A DNA stretch of 64,000 nt from the human T2T-CHM13v2.0 reference genome, Homo sapiens. Under the pieces are notes generated by a model. That model did no database searches, was not told the origin of the DNA, and saw only the letters and a list, made by a program, of their open reading frames with translations. The stretch lies in the NCBI RefSeq assembly GCF_009914755.1, contig NC_060934.1; one strand, given 5' to 3'. A program made the position numbers and the translations under genes. Of the stretch, positions 44,314 to 59,283 are shown piece by piece; position 1 is the stretch's first letter, and each line of letters opens with the position of its first letter.

Positions 44314-44983
44314 GTGCTGGGCACAGCGCATCGCGGCCCCAGCCCTGGTTTAGAAGAGTGGCGAGGCCTGAGTTAGGGCTGTAGCCGCAGGGTGGACAGG
44401 AGAGGACAGAACCCAGGGGTGCTTATTCCTGAGGCAGGATTGGTAGATGGGGTGAGGGGTGCTCAGGGGCTCCCCTGGAGCCAGGAACAGGGAGGGGCAG
44501 GTCAGGAGGGCAGCTGGGGCCTGCCACGTGACAGGAGCCCACAGTCCATGGCAGGAGATGCCCAGCACACCAGAGAGGCTTTTCAAGTGGTCTCCCCAGA
44601 GGTGGCTCAGTGGGTGATGATCACACAGCGAGCTGAGTACAGACAGAAGGGGCTGAGGACAGCTGCTCAGGCCGGGCCGGGCCTGGCAGAAGACAGGCAC
44701 GGTAATCAGTGGGTGGGGCTTTGCAGCTACGAAGTGCTCTCTCTCCATACCTGGGGCAGGGAACCCCCGTTCTGTTTCACAGCTGTGGAAGGAACTTAAG
44801 GGTTAGGGTGACAGGCCCAACTAAGCACTGGGGCTCTTCTGGTAGATGGCCACATCCTAGGCACTGCCCAGGGTGAGCTGATGGGGGTGCCGTGGTGGTG
44901 AGAAAGTGCAGCCTCTCTTCTCTCCGTCTGAATGAAGATGTGACTTGTTAGTTGTATTATAGATTTTACTTTTAAATTTAATT

Positions 44984-47052
<2,069 letters not shown>

Positions 47053-47849
47053 TCAGATTGCTGGGTGTGGCTCTTACGTCCCTTTCTTACTGGTTCTGTG
47101 ACCCTGGGCAAGCCACTTAATCTCCCTGAGGCACATATTTGTCACCTGTAAATTGGTTGATAATAAGTTTGCCGTAAGAGTGAAACCAGTAAGTGTATGT
47201 AAAACTAGTTCAGAGCTTGGCAAATGACTGCCACTATTATTTGATGCATATGACCCATGTGTGATAGGCATGTGTTTTGTATGTATTGTTTTTCACATCC
47301 ATGTGTACATGACTACGTGTGTGTGTAAGTGTGTGGTTCCTGGTCTCAGGGATACGGGAGAGGATGAACGGCCTAGGGTTGGGATTACTTTCGCATGCTC
47401 ACAGGTGTACGTGTATGCCCGTGAGTGTGTCTTTTGGAGCCCACATGCCTGGGTGCACATGGTGCCCCTGGACCAGAGTCCTCCTGGCCCCACCTCCTTT
47501 GTCTGTTGTGCTGCCAGCCAGGGTGCTGGGCCTGTGCTGCCCCAGCCCCACCCTCAACCCCCTACCCAACACTGGGATTGGCAGGGGTCCTCTCTGGAAG
47601 GGAGGCCTTGGGGAATGTCCTTCCAGGAGCTGGGTCTCTGGCCCCTTTGTCTCCACTGTATTTGCCCAGAGTCAGTGTTTTCTGTGCCGTTACCCAGGGC
47701 CCCAGGACGTCAAGCAGGATGGGTGGGAAGAAGAGGAAGCATTTTGAAGGGATTGGTGGCCCTGCAGTTGCTCCGTGGATTCTGAGTAGAGGCTGGGGAG
47801 GGGGAACCCCAAAGGAAAGGCTGTCATCAGCAGCTGGGCTCAGCAGGGT

Positions 47850-48700
<851 letters not shown>

Positions 48701-49809
48701 CAGGGGTGATTTTTCTCTTATGCTTCCATTTCTACCTCTAGATGTGAACCTCAACAGCTAGCCTTTCACCAGCACATATTTTATGAAACCAAGAGTCAAG
48801 CTGTGTCTGAGGCTGGCCTGAGCCCAGTGGGCATCTTTTCCAGGCAGGGCACCTGTAGCCAGTGCCACTCTCTGCCCTTTGCCCCAACTGTCCCCTTCCC
48901 TGAAATGGCTTCCCCTCCTCTGCACTATCCAGAGGCCATTCAGCTTCTTCCAGGCAGCCTTTCCAGACTGTCTGGGGCTCTTCTGAGCATTTCCAGCCCT
49001 CATAGCCTGACCGCTTCCAAAGCTCTTGCGCTGCCCAGCCATTCCCGTCTTGTCTCCTTGGTGAGGACAAGGTGAACTCCTCCTCATGCCACCCTCTCCT
49101 AGTGAGCCTGGCAGGCAGGAAGCTGCTCTAGAGAGACCCGGGGGCTCATGCACAGGGTGTCTGGCTGGCCTGGGGCTTCGGAGACTGCTGTCTGGGGCCT
49201 CTGGAGAAGCGGGGATTGGAGATGCAAAGTGGTACAGAGGGATGCAGACCAAAGCCAACACAGAGGGCTGGGCCTCTCCCTCTCCCTTTTCTTCCTGTCT
49301 TCCATCTCCTTCCTGGAAGCTGCTCCTCCTCCTCTAGGGAGTGAAAGGGTCTGGGGAGGCAGGCCCAATGCCGAGCTCTTTGCATCATTAAATTCCTGCC
49401 TTGGAGGACCAAAATTTGAAACATCCCAGAAGGCCTCTGTCACATTTTGTGGCTTTCTACGGCTCCACCCTCTTCTCCATTCTTCACGGTTCTGTTTCCC
49501 CACGATGACAGGATGGGCGGGCTCTACTTGGGCATGGATCTTGGGGGCCCCACCAGAGTCCCCAGCCCCTGAGGCTGTGTATTAATTAATGCTGCCTGTG
49601 CTGCTGAGACTTGTCTTGGAGCCACAGAGTAGAGGCCGCCCATTGTGCCAGAGAGGGAAGTGTTGTCTTCCCCAAGGTCACAGAGCCAGTTAGTGACAGC
49701 CCCGAGGACAGGATCCATGTATGTTTCATGTCTGTGTCTCCAGTGCTCAGGACAGAGCTTGGTATTCAGCAGATATGTCATAAATATTTATTGAATAAAA
49801 TAAACAAAC

Positions 49810-50075
49810 CAAGGATGGTGGAGTGCCAGTGAGTGGTGGTAGAGGGTGGTAGTAAAGGTGATGTGCTACCATGGTAGGTGGTGAGAGGCAGAGGGTGGTA
49901 AATACTAGTGGGGAGAGGAGGTGGGAGAGGGTGGGGGTGGGAGGTGATGGAGAATGCCGAGGTGAGAAGTGGTGGATAGTGAACCAGTAGAGCATGGTGG
50001 CAGATGGTGGAGTGGGAGATGGTGAGAGATGGTGGCAGAAGGATGGTGGCAAGGGGTGGCGGCAGTGGTGAAAGA
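49810..50075 (+). repeat. GGT/GGA-rich low-complexity tract
   Basis: Repeated tggtgg, ggtgag and gatggt units upstream of exon 2. Confidence 0.7.
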
Positions 50076-50188
50076 ACTGGGCTCTGGGTGACTTCTGGTC
50101 ATGCCCAGCCTCTGCCCTTCCCTAGGGGACTCTGGTCTGGCTCTTGGACCCGCCAAGTTCTCTGACACCGTGGCCTGTTCCTTTGCAG

Positions 50189-50430
50189 ACTCTATCGGGG
50201 GCCCCTTCCCCGTCACTTCTCACCGATGCCACCACAAGCAGAAGCACTGTCCGGCAGTGCTGCCCAGCGGGGGGCTCCCAGCCACGCCGCTGCTCTTCCA
50301 CCCGCACACCAAGGGCTCCCAGATCCTCATGGACCTCAGCCACAAGGCTGTCAAGAGGCAGGCCAGCTTCTGCAACGCCATCACCTTCAGCAACCGCCCG
50401 GTCCTCATCTACGAGCAAGTCAGGCTGAAG
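50189..50430 (+). CDS. NEURL1: NEURL1 exon 2 (242 bp; start of NHR1 domain)
   Basis: Acceptor ctttgcag| and donor AAG|gtgggc. Encodes (D)[80 protein letters not shown]. Confidence 0.97.
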
Positions 50431-50817
50431 GTGGGCCTGCCCCCTGCCCCCGCCCCCGCCTCCTGCTTCCTGCTCCCCTCATGGCATCCCCTGGGCCTCT
50501 GGACTCTGCCCCTCAGCCGCTGCCTGCTGCCACCCCCAGCACCACACCCTGCCCCTGCCTTTCCTCTCTGGTGACCCTCTTCCCTCTTCCTTATGCCTTT
50601 CTCAACCTCCCTGTGTGACAAGGAAGGAACCGGGAGGGCGGTGGCCGTGGGAACCCCTTGCTGTCTTCCCAGCAGGGAGGGCTCCTGGGAGGGAACTGTG
50701 CTGGAATGGTGGGCAGGCTGCTGTGGGATGCTCCAGGGAGTCCACCGCAGGGAGGCTGCCCTTGGTCTGATTGACCAAGTGGGAGAGGGTGGGCTGAGGC
50801 CACCCCCTGCCACCCAG

Positions 50818-51139
50818 ATCACCAAGAAGCAGTGCTGCTGGAGCGGGGCCCTGCGGCTGGGCTTCACCAGCAAGGACCCGTCCCGCATCCACCCTGACTC
50901 GCTGCCCAAGTACGCCTGCCCCGACCTGGTGTCCCAGAGTGGCTTCTGGGCCAAGGCGCTGCCTGAGGAGTTTGCCAATGAGGGCAACATCATCGCATTC
51001 TGGGTGGACAAGAAGGGCCGTGTCTTCCACCGCATCAACGACTCGGCTGTTATGCTGTTCTTCAGCGGGGTCCGCACGGCCGACCCGCTCTGGGCCCTGG
51101 TGGACGTCTACGGCCTCACGCGGGGCGTCCAGCTGCTTG
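50818..51139 (+). CDS. NEURL1: NEURL1 exon 3 (322 bp; rest of NHR1)
   Basis: Acceptor cacccag| and donor G|gtgagt. Encodes [21 protein letters not shown]...[19 protein letters not shown]...[18 protein letters not shown]. Phases match exons 2 and 4. Confidence 0.97.
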
Positions 51140-54100
51140 GTGAGTGCCTGCCCCTCCGGCCCCTTGGTGCAGGGGACACCCCTCAGCCTCTGGGCACTGC
51201 AGCCTGGCACTGTTCAATCCCATCAGGCGTAGGGACCCCTCTCTGACTGGTGCCAAGGGGAACCGGGGCAGCCCTGGGAACCTTGGCATGAACTGCAGAG
51301 ATCTCCTTTCCTCCAGGCCCATGGCTTTGCAGTGGAACCTGGGTGTGATTTCTGCTCTCTGCAGCCTCTCAGGTGGTGCCTTGGGCAGTATGCAACCTTC
51401 ACAATCATAAATGGTGACCTCAAAGACCACCACCCCAGGAAGTAATTAAATTAATCATCACAACCACAGTTCATAGAACACTTACTATGTGCAAGGCACT
51501 TGATTCTTGCCTGTTCTCATAGCAACCCTGGGAGGGAGACCCCTTCATTGGGCAGAAACTCAAGTCCAGGGAGATTACATCATGGTCCCAGGAGCCATGG
51601 CCGTTGAGGGGTAGAGCCAGCCCTGAGTCTCCAGCTCTAAAGCCAGCTGTCAGCCCCTGGGCTTTGCAGCCTTCCAGGAGACGGGGTTCCAAGCCCACCC
51701 CAGTGCCTTTTGCAGGGATGTTGGATAAAAGGGTAGGATCCAGGAGCAGAAGGCACTGGGGGAGCTAAGACTCTTGGCTGCTCCCTGGCCCCCAGCGTAA
51801 GTTAGGCTCTTTGAGGACAGTGAGAGAGCAAGGAGGAGGAGCCTCGGGAAGCAGCCTGGCACGCTCAGGGGCCAGGCTTCCCTGCAATGGCACAAGTACT
51901 GGGGCCGGAAGAGGACAGGAGAATCTCCGACTTCCTAGGGTCACACAGTAAGTTGGTGGTTAAGGTAGGACTAGAACTCAGGTCACCTGACTCCCAGCCC
52001 AGGATCCTTCCTACCTGGCTCTCCTTGTGCACAGGCACTCAAGTGCATGTGCGCACACATAGACTCTGGGTACAAATCAGGCCATCGGCAAACTGGCTTT
52101 GTCTCCAGGCAGAGGCTATGCAAGCCTCAGCTTCCTCAGCTGTGAAATGGGTTGGTGGGAAGATTAAGTTCCATCAAGGAGGCTGTGAGTAAAGTGCCCA
52201 GCACAGTCTCGGGTACCAAGTATATGCTCAAGCAACACTTTTTCCTTCGTCTCCCATCTCTACCCGCCTCTCCCTGCAGAGAAAGAGGCCATGAAGGTGG
52301 TTGAAAACCTTTTTTTTTTTTCCCTTTCTGACTTCAGAGCCTAGAAACAGTGAAGTTCTTCTGTCCACAACACTTTTGAGCAAAAAGTCAGTGATAGTAA
52401 AAACAAAGAAATGAGTCAGAAGCCTGTTTGTTGAGTTCCAAACATCAGGAAGCTGTTTTTATTAGCTAGTAGTTTGGGAACTTTCTGTTTTTCACCTCAA
52501 CAAAAGTGTTTCTGCACTCACAATGACATGTTAAGAGCCTGGAACTGGGCAGTTCTGGGTCTCAGCGACTGAAGAAGGGAGCCCAGGTGCTTTGCATTTT
52601 CTCTGTAAAAGGGGTGTGCCTGCAGCCGGGGGCAGAAAGGGCAGCGTTCATGTCCCTGAGCTACAGAGACCGGCAGATCCTAGCCTCACGCTGTACTAGT
52701 TGTGGGGCCTCAGTTTCTTCATCTGTAACGTGGGGCTAAATGCTTTCTCGGGGTTCTTTGAGGAGCAGCTGATGCACAGTAGGGGGTCAGTGGCTGTCAT
52801 TCGTCCCCACCCATTCTGGGGAGGACAGTTCTTCACTCAGGGCTCAAGTGAATGCCTTGGTGCTGCTCTGGTATCCTCAGGGCCCCACACTTCAAGGCAC
52901 TGGAGTCCCAGCGCTTGAGTTTGAGCTCTAACCTGACCACTTCTGCCTGAGCCTCAGGCTTCCCACCTGTATAATGGTTGTGAAGGCTTTGACTTAGCCC
53001 AGGACTTAACCACATGGTGGAAGACAAAGTCTCTGCTCCTGAGAAAGCCACAGTCTTGTTGAGGGGTGGGCAGGTGAGGGCAGTGGGGCAACATTCTTGC
53101 TTTTCCCTAAGCAAAAAGTGGCCTCCCTCACAGTCCCCACTCTGGCTTCAAGGCCAGTCCCAAAGCCCCCTCCCTCCCTGAAACCTTCCTGGGCGGAATT
53201 CTTCTCTCCATCTTTGTGTGCCACCAAGTGGTGCTGGTGCTTCTCTCAGTACTGAGCATCGCAGAGCCTTGGTCCGTCCATACGTCCACTTCCCTGCAAG
53301 ATGGGGAAGAATCCACGTCTCACTCAGTCGGGCTGCTCTCCAGAGTGGAGGCTTCTGCCTGACCTGCAGAGGACGTGGAGGAATATTTGCAGGGTAGGTA
53401 GGGGAGAGTAGCCAGGGGCAGGGTGGGGGACGAATGGGAGGGCAGATGCGTTGTTAGATGAAGAAAACGGCAGGTGGGTGGGGGCCAAGGGCAACCCAGC
53501 CCTGCCCACAGATAACCCAGGCTCATTGGGAAGTTAGGGAGATGAAGCAAACACTCCAGACGATGCAAGCGCTCAGGGCACAACCCAAGAGAAGCCAGTA
53601 AATCACTAACCGCTGTGGTCATGGGATGCCTTCCATCTGCCGAGATGGTTTCTATCCAGTTATCTCATTTAACCCCTCTGAAGCAGGCCCCACAGGGAGT
53701 GTTTTTTATCCCCATTTGGCAGGGAGATAACTGAGGCCCACGCAAGGCCTGGCTTGCCCATGTAGGGATGTGGCAGAGCTGGGACTTGAACTGGGTGTTC
53801 TGATGCCAAAAGCAACACCTTTCCCATTACCCTCCAGCTGGTTTAAACATAAAAGGAGGCAGGAAGTCAGAGGAGGCTGAGGTCAGTGGGGGAGGATGGA
53901 GGCCAGGAGGGCTTCTTGGAAGAGAAGACTTGGGCTGGGCCTACAAGTTCCAGGAGGGCCCTGGCACATGGGAATGAAGTGGAACACGACAGACGGGCTT
54001 CCCACCCTCAGGGGCTGAGGAGGGCTTGGAGAATAATCTGAAGGGCCCATCCTGGGCCAGAGCCCAGGTGGCCTGACCTGGTCCAGCCCCATCCCCCCTG

Positions 54101-54955
54101 TGACTATAAATGGGTTTGCACGCAGTGTTTTCAGTTGCATTTGGAGTTCCTGACAGGCTCCTCTCTGCACACCCGATAAGGCTAAGGCCCCAGCGGATTC
54201 CGTCCCAGCCGTAAATCACCATAATCCCTGGGTATTTTCAAACACTGATTATGGCCCCTAAATTCAATTGGCAGATTGAGATATCCCTTCATTTATTCTT
54301 CCTGAATTTTTTTTTTTTTGGTAAAGAGAGAGAGGGAGACACAGAGATTCATCCAGAGATCTCCTGAGGTGGGCGTGATCTCTCCACCTTCGTTCACTGC
54401 CTGTCCTCTGAGATACTCCCCTCTACCCCAGGTAGCCTCAGGATCAGCTTCCTTCCCTGCCTTCTCTTTCCTCTCCGCCCCACTTCCCGCCCCTCCCTCT
54501 CTCCATCACCTGCACCTTTACTGCACCTGTATCTTTCTGGGCTTTTCTCTCTCCCTTGACCTAGATCCTCTCACCCTTCTTGCTTTCCCTGGTCTTGGTG
54601 TCCTTCTCCCCGCTGCTGTCTCTCTTCTGAAGAAAGTCGCTGTCCATCTTGGTGGCTCTGAGGCTGGGCCAGTCTTTCCTGGGGTGACTGTCCCCCAAAC
54701 CAATGTCTGATCTTTGGGGATTTTCTGCCAGGCCTGCCCCTGCCCCCTTTGTCTGAAGCCTGTGGTCAAAGCCCTCCCAATCTTACCTGCTCTGTGTTTG
54801 TTCCTTAGACCAGAGGCTTCCCAGGGTAGCTGGCACATAGTAGGTAAGCAGGTCAGGCCATGGATGGGTTGTGTCCCCAGACAGAGTGGAGGCAGGGGCT
54901 GGTGTCTCTCCCCAGTGGACGGTCCTCCCTGCCCTGGCCAGAATCCAAGCCCACA

Positions 54956-55042
54956 ATGGTGCCCATGCCATGGCCCCAGCAGGCCCTCCTCCCTGTTATG
55001 GTGCCCATGCCACAGCCCCAGCAGGCCCTCCTCCCTGTTATG
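54956..55042 (+). repeat. 42-bp tandem duplication
   Basis: ATGGTGCCCATGCCA(TG/CA)GCCCCAGCAGGCCCTCCTCCCTGTT x2, 2 mismatches. Confidence 0.93.
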
Positions 55043-58000
55043 CTGGAGTTCTGCAGATCACCTCTTTCTTTGGGGCGCCCTGGCCCAAGCCCAGGCTGGT
55101 ATCGTCAAGAATAACAGCTTCCTTCCTCCAGGGAGAAGGACCCGCCAGCAACTAAATAAACACAGGTTTTATGGGGTGATTAATACATGGAAAAAGAAGC
55201 TCCTATCCCAGTATCTCAAGGTCTCCTTGCTCCTCTCAGAAATGTCAATTCAGGAAGAGCAGCTGTGAGTCCCAGCAGGACTTGGCTGGCGGGCCAAGAG
55301 CCCACTTACAGGGTGCTCCAGAGCATCCCTTGGTGCCTACCACTGCCTAGGCACTAAGCGGGGGCAGGTGGGAGACAGAAGAATCAAAAACCCAGCCCCT
55401 CTCCTGGAATAATGTTTTCCCTGGGGGACACATCATATAACTGATGCAAGGTGGCCCAAGTTCAATTCTGCAATCAAGTGTGACCTGAAGAGTAAAACTG
55501 TGTGTATGTGTGGGAGGGGAGTGCAGCTAGAGAGCAATCCAGGAGGACTTCCTGTAGGAGACAAGTTTTAAGTCAGGAACTAAGTGAGGTGAAAAGAATG
55601 GATTGGTTGAGGAACAATTTAGGTCAGACGGGGGTGTCCACAGGTGCAGAGGTGGGGAATTGGCGGTCAGTAGGGGAGCAGATCCAGGAGGGGAAGGAAT
55701 GAGGTAGAAAGGTAGTGGGTGACTTGTGGAGGTGAGGGGTGTGCACAGGTGTGGGTATGTGTATGCATCACAGGGGAGAGAGCCATGAGAGCTGAAAGCT
55801 TCCAGCAGCTTTTGTGCTGTCAAGTTGTTCAGTAAGAGGGACTGGCTGGTTGACAGTGGAGAAGTATGAGACCCAGAGATGGGGAGAGGCCTGCCCAAAC
55901 TCTCCCAGCTGCTCATCAGCCAGGCCAGGCCTGGAACCCAGATCTCTCAGGCTGATCTGGGAGTAAGGTCAGAGGGAGGAGGCTATCAACACATCTAAAT
56001 GGTGGGGCTGGGTCCGGGAGGGTTCTAGGAGGGGATGAGGTGGGGGCTCCCGAGGGCTTATGCATTCTATTCCATCCCTTGCCATGCACAGGTTCCCAGG
56101 TCTTGGTAAAAGACCCACGCCTGCCTACTGAGGAGAGAGCTGTATGGAGACTCTCAGGATGGGCTTCCAAGGGTCATGTGCTGCTGGGTGGGTTCTCCAG
56201 GCCCCCTGGAGATAGGGGCCTAGGTCAGGTCCCCTATCCAGGGTGTGCCTCAGCTTGGAGGTGCTGAGCATGAGTGATCCCCAGCCGAGGACCACACTGC
56301 CATCTGGGCCTTCTGCTTCCCAGGCTAAACCAATATTTACCCTCAGCTGTGGCTGCTAGGGGCCAAGAGGCAAATATTAGTTTAAGGAGCCTGAGCCAGC
56401 TGTTGGGCTGGGGGAAACAGCTGAGGCTGCCGATCATGATTTCTTCCTCTTTGATGATTTTCATTTCTTTTTGATTAAGAAAAAAATCTTGCTTTTCCTT
56501 CTGCTTCAGAGGCTTTTCTGGTGCTTCCTTTCTGCTTACCCCAAATTCTGCCAGCTATATCAGTGCCCCACACCAAACCCTCCCCTCCATTAGGAAGCTT
56601 TCCCAGACCTCCCTCATTCAAAATGACCCTTCCTCCTCCTGACCATCGGAAGCACTTGGAGACCTAAGTGGTATAAGCAGCTTTGAGTCATGTATTGTCC
56701 TGCTCTTTAAAGATCCAGCATATATCCTCTTTGTATATAAAGGAAGGTATTATTGTGCCCATTTTGTAGATAAGGAACAGAGGCTGAGAGAGGTCTGATA
56801 ACCTGCCCAAGGTCACACAGCTGGCAGTTGGTGGAGCTGGGATTTGAACCGAGGAGCTTGGGCTACATTACCTTCCAGCTTCTCTAGATGTGAGTCCATC
56901 TGATCTCCCTATTAGGTCTGGATACCCGACAAGAGCGGGGACAGTGGCCCTCCTGTGCCTTCCAGAGTCGAGCTTACAAGAGCTCAAGGCATCAAGGATC
57001 AACTGCACATGTTGGGCACAGATAGGCCACCAGGGCCCCAGCAGTGCTGGTACAAGGAAGAGGGGCAGTGCAGCGCCCAGGATGCCAGATTCAGTGGGGA
57101 AGGTCGGTCTGCCTGCCTTATAGTTCCCCGGAGGCTCCCGAGGGCTTTGTCTGGTTCAGTTATTCCTGTGCACTCTAGTTTTCTACCACAATGAATATAT
57201 ATCAAGTTGAACCATATGTAATCACCAGTATTGGACTGTTTTTAACTTACAAGAAAGGCAATCTCATGTTTGCCCCTAGCATCTCTTGGGCCCAAGAGAT
57301 TGTACTGGGGCCTTGGAGAGAGTGGTGGGGCTCAGGGTGGGGTGTATGTGGAGGGAGGAGCTCGGGCCTTGCAGTATTGGGGACAATGCCTTCATTTAAG
57401 ATGCAGGAGACCCACTGAATCAAGGCTTGACTTGGCCACTCATTAGCTCTGGGCAGTTCTCAGCTTCTCTGTGCTTCAGCCTCCTCATTATTTGGGCATA
57501 ATTATACACACCCCACTTACCTCACAGATGTGGAAAGGCATTTACACAAATGAGAAGGGCTTTTGTCTTTAGGTTAAAAAGGAATACCTAATTTAAAGAC
57601 ACCGCCCTCCACGGCCAAAAAAGCCAACCCCTCAAACCAGCTCTTCAACTAGAAGAGGGAGCCTTGAACCCAGGTCTCTGTATCAGGCTGAAAGGAAAAC
57701 CATGCAATCGAAATTGCTCCTTGGAACAAGATCTGTGCTTCTCCAGCTGGGTTCCTTGGAACACTGGGGTTCCACAGAGGTGTCTTGGAGGCTGCAGAGA
57801 AGGCCAGAGAGAGGGTGAGGGGATAGGTGCTAGGTCCACCTCCTAGACTTCAGCCAGAACTTGGGGTTCTGTTGGACAAAAGGATTCCACTGCTTTTTAA
57901 AAAAGTTTGAGACCCACTAGACCAGATGATTCTATAAATCTATGAGATCCCGTGGCTTGAAGATTCTCTGAATCTTAAAGTCTGTGACTGTGAGTGATTT

Positions 58001-58973
58001 TAGGATGTTCTGCCCTTCCCTCTGTGAGCCCCAGAAAGCATGTTTGTTTCTCCTAAATTTCCCATGGTTGGGTTTAAAGGGAGAGGGTGGAGGTGGGTGC
58101 TGGGAGGGGTGGAGAACCCCCTTGCCTGTCTAAGCCAGGCACCCGCACTTCCCGGCTCCCTCCCATGCCCCGTGCCAGATGCGGACCAGCAGGAGGATGT
58201 TTGTGGAGACAGTAAAGGGCTGGCAGCGCCTCCCAAACAGGGGCCAGCAGATACCTGCTAGCAAGCCAGGCGGCTGCAGGCTGACCTGTGGTTACAGATT
58301 AGCCAGTGCTCCGGATGTGAGAACGTCAACAAATGGGACTCTCAGGCTGACGGCAAGCTCTGCCTCAAAGGAGGCCCCGGCCTGCCCTGAGGTCCCCCAC
58401 GCCCAGGTCCTGCCTTGGTTACCCTGCACTGCTGGCAGCGTATGGCAGGGCCGGGTGGCTTTCTGGGCAACAGCAAGCCCTGGGGCCCTCCTCAGTCTGT
58501 CTCCTCCCGCTCCCACTCCTGCTCTTCACCAGGTGTTTGCTAACAGTTTTCTCACCTGTCAACCCAAACCCTCCTGTGTTTCAGCTCAGGTCAACTCCTG
58601 TGTCTTCCAGAATACCTTCCCTAGCCCACTCTGAAACAGGAAGGGGACTTCAGCCTTAGTTGGGGATCTTGATCCTAAAGGGGTTATTTACTGTAAAGGA
58701 GAGAAGACTCAGAGGGAGCCCCAAGGAGGGTATCTGGGATACATATGGATTCCCACCAGGAGAGTTTTTCTAAGTCATGGTTATTCCAAGGTGGGGAATA
58801 GGTAGCCTTGGGAGATGGTAAACTTCCTGACCCTAGGGCCATTCTAGCCTCTAGCTGAGAGATTGGCAGGGATAAATGGATTTCCTAGTACCTTAGTTCC
58901 TCGAAAGTCCTGTCTAATCCTAGATACTAAGACTCTGGTAACTGAATTGTATTCAAATATTTTCCTGACTTCG

Positions 58974-59283
58974 GGGCAGGCATGGTGGCTCACACCTGTA
59001 ATCTCAGCACTTTGGGAGGCTGAGGCCAGCAGATCACTTGAGCTGAGGAGTTCGAAACCAGCCTGGGAAACCTAGTGAAACCCTGTCTCTACAAAAAATA
59101 CAAAAATTAGCCAGGCGTGGTGGTGTGCACCTGTAGTCCCAGCCACTTTGGAGGCTGAGGCACAAGAATCGCTTGAACCTGGGAGGCAGAGGATGCAGTG
59201 AGTGAGCCTAGATCGTGCCACTGCACTCCAGCCTGGGGAACAGAGCGAGACCCCATATCAAAAAATAATAATAATAAAAAAAA
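58974..59283 (+). mobile_element. Alu (old S or J)
   Basis: Sense Alu dimer with an (AAT)n/A tail. Confidence 0.88.

Noticed and set aside
50409-51210. Long minus-strand ORFs (222 and 202 aa) over exons 2-3
   Set aside because: Antisense shadows of GC-rich coding sequence.
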